This document shows, piece after piece, positions 62,978 to 64,000 of a stretch of 64,000 nt of DNA (the first letter of the stretch is position 1; each line of letters begins with the position of its first letter). Below the pieces are notes generated by a model, which saw nothing but the letters and a program-made list of their open reading frames with translations, was not told the origin of the DNA and made no database searches. A program made the position numbers and the translations under genes. This stretch comes from Dehalococcoidia bacterium (lineage in GTDB: Bacteria > Chloroflexota > Dehalococcoidia > Lucifugimonadales > UBA3495), in contig OZ251531.1 of the NCBI GenBank assembly GCA_965243185.1, forward strand, positions 151,789-215,788, read 5' to 3'.

Positions 62978-64000
62978 TGACCACCCACGTCCTTATCGTT
63001 GACGCCACTACCTTTCCGTTGCATCTGGAATACCTTTTCGTTGGCACCGGCGCCCGGGACACCCGGGTGGACTTTAATGATGCTGCTATTACCGCCTTGC
63101 GCTCGGCGGCTGAGAACAACCTGGTGTCCATGGTTGCTGATGGCGGACGAATCCGGCAGGGCGATAGCATCATCTTTTACCTGCAACAAAATCTCGGGCA
63201 GCGCATTTCCGAGGGTAAGTTTTTCGGGGTTTTCCAAGCCCGGCACGACGGGCTTTTTCTGGATAACAATGATGGCCGGCAATATCTGATTGACCGGTTG
63301 GGGAAGTCGCTGACTTTCCGAACCTTGATTGAGCCGGCCACGGTCTATGCCGAGGGTGTAACCGAGTGGGAAGCTCTGGACGAAATCAGGAATATCCAGT
63401 CGCCCCACCAAATGCTGTGGAGCTTGATTTACCGCAAGCTCAAGGGCAACCGGGGCAACACCATGATAACCCTCTACGAAGCCGAGCGGCTGGTTCACCT
63501 CATCCGCAGCAAGAACGGCCGGCAAGCGTTGGAAGTTCAAGACCGGTCGTTATCCTTTGACCGGGACCGTCAGACCATAGTTCTCCGGGATGCGGCAAGA
63601 CCGCCCTATGCCGGCCGCCAAGTTGCGCTGAACCTTTTGCCCCGCTTGATGGCAAAGTATCAGGCAAAGCAGGCTTTTGAATCCCATTTGCAGGCTTGCA
63701 TCACCCAAAGCCTCGGCTTGGGAATCAACACCGACTTGGACGCCGCTTTGTTGGGCGGCGCCGAAATGGAGTGGTTGGGCAATGAAGTTTCCTGCGGTGT
63801 TGGTATGCAGCGCATCGACATCATGGCGTCGACCGTTGCCGGCCAGCAAAGAACCTTGATTCCGGTAGAATTGAAAGCGGTTGAAGCCGAAGCCGGCAAC
63901 ATCGGGCAAATCCAGCGATATGTTGACTGGATTGAGCAGTATTACATCCCCAACCGGCCGAGCGATATTCAACCGGTACTGGTGGCTAAACAGCCGGCTA
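62977..64000 (+). CDS. Partial (3-prime-truncated by the window) nuclease-like ORF, candidate restriction partner
   Basis: Not in the ORF track. I checked all 341 codons from the ATG at 62977 (TAATG overlap with the MTase stop) and found no stop. The C-terminal RIDIMASTVAGQQRTLIPVELKAVEAEAGNIGQIQRY is a D...ExK, NucS/DUF91-like nuclease motif. Confidence 0.65.
   Translation, partial: MTTHVLIVDATTFPLHLEYLFVGTGARDTRVDFNDAAITALRSAAENNLVSMVADGGRIRQGDSIIFYLQQNLGQRISEGKFFGVFQARHDGLFLDNNDGRQYLIDRLGKSLTFRTLIEPATVYAEGVTEWEALDEIRNIQSPHQMLWSLIYRKLKGNRGNTMITLYEAERLVHLIRSKNGRQALEVQDRSLSFDRDRQTIVLRDAARPPYAGRQVALNLLPRLMAKYQAKQAFESHLQACITQSLGLGINTDLDAALLGGAEMEWLGNEVSCGVGMQRIDIMASTVAGQQRTLIPVELKAVEAEAGNIGQIQRYVDWIEQYYIPNRPSDIQPVLVAKQPA

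Noticed and set aside
62947-63972. Minus-strand ORFs 62947..63540 and 63550..63972.
   Set aside because: They lie antisense to a continuous, stop-free plus-strand frame that has a D...ELK nuclease motif and is translationally coupled to the methyltransferase.

Overview
High-GC (roughly 60-65% by eye) bacterial chromosomal segment. It is densely coding, mostly on the minus strand. Taxon is tentative: the Pro/Thr-linker lipoproteins and a coiled-coil/nuclease-fold hypothetical protein suggest a Chloroflexota-like organism. All family calls come from motifs read in the supplied translations plus memory of the families; no database search was possible.

Housekeeping content:
- gatC-gatA
- RNase P RNA (rnpB, not in the ORF track)
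- sbcD
- a peptidase S58 / DUF2520 / panB operon
- recQ, holB, lysA
- an rplI-dnaB-dnaD-like-dnaC-like operon
- dprA-topA
- CoA-transferase A/B
- thiolase with a DUF35 protein
- several SDRs and two MFS transporters

Accessory and unusual content:
- A tubulin/FtsZ-superfamily GTPase with an archaeal CetZ-like layout, next to a membrane-anchored protein. I rate this the most interesting locus.
- Two type II R-M-like modules. The nuclease gene of the second runs off the right edge of the window and is missing from the ORF track.
- An HNH cassette bracketed by 67-bp direct repeats.
- A partial duplication of the 5-FCL/DUF2283 junction.
- A complete IS element with inverted repeats, a 9-bp target-site duplication and an A7 frameshift site.
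- DUF6883/DUF4926 modules, one carrying an in-frame TGA.
- Two tandem paralogous small-peptide genes (54 and 49 aa, below the ORF-track cutoff) plus a membrane protein, wedged between the CoA-transferase subunit genes.
- A helicase loader with two tandem AAA+ modules.
- A HEPN/unknown/TPR operon.
- A ~1.08-kb ORF-free gap that starts with a consensus promoter.
- REP-like palindromes.

Many long ORFs in the track are antisense or off-frame shadows typical of GC-rich DNA and were rejected.
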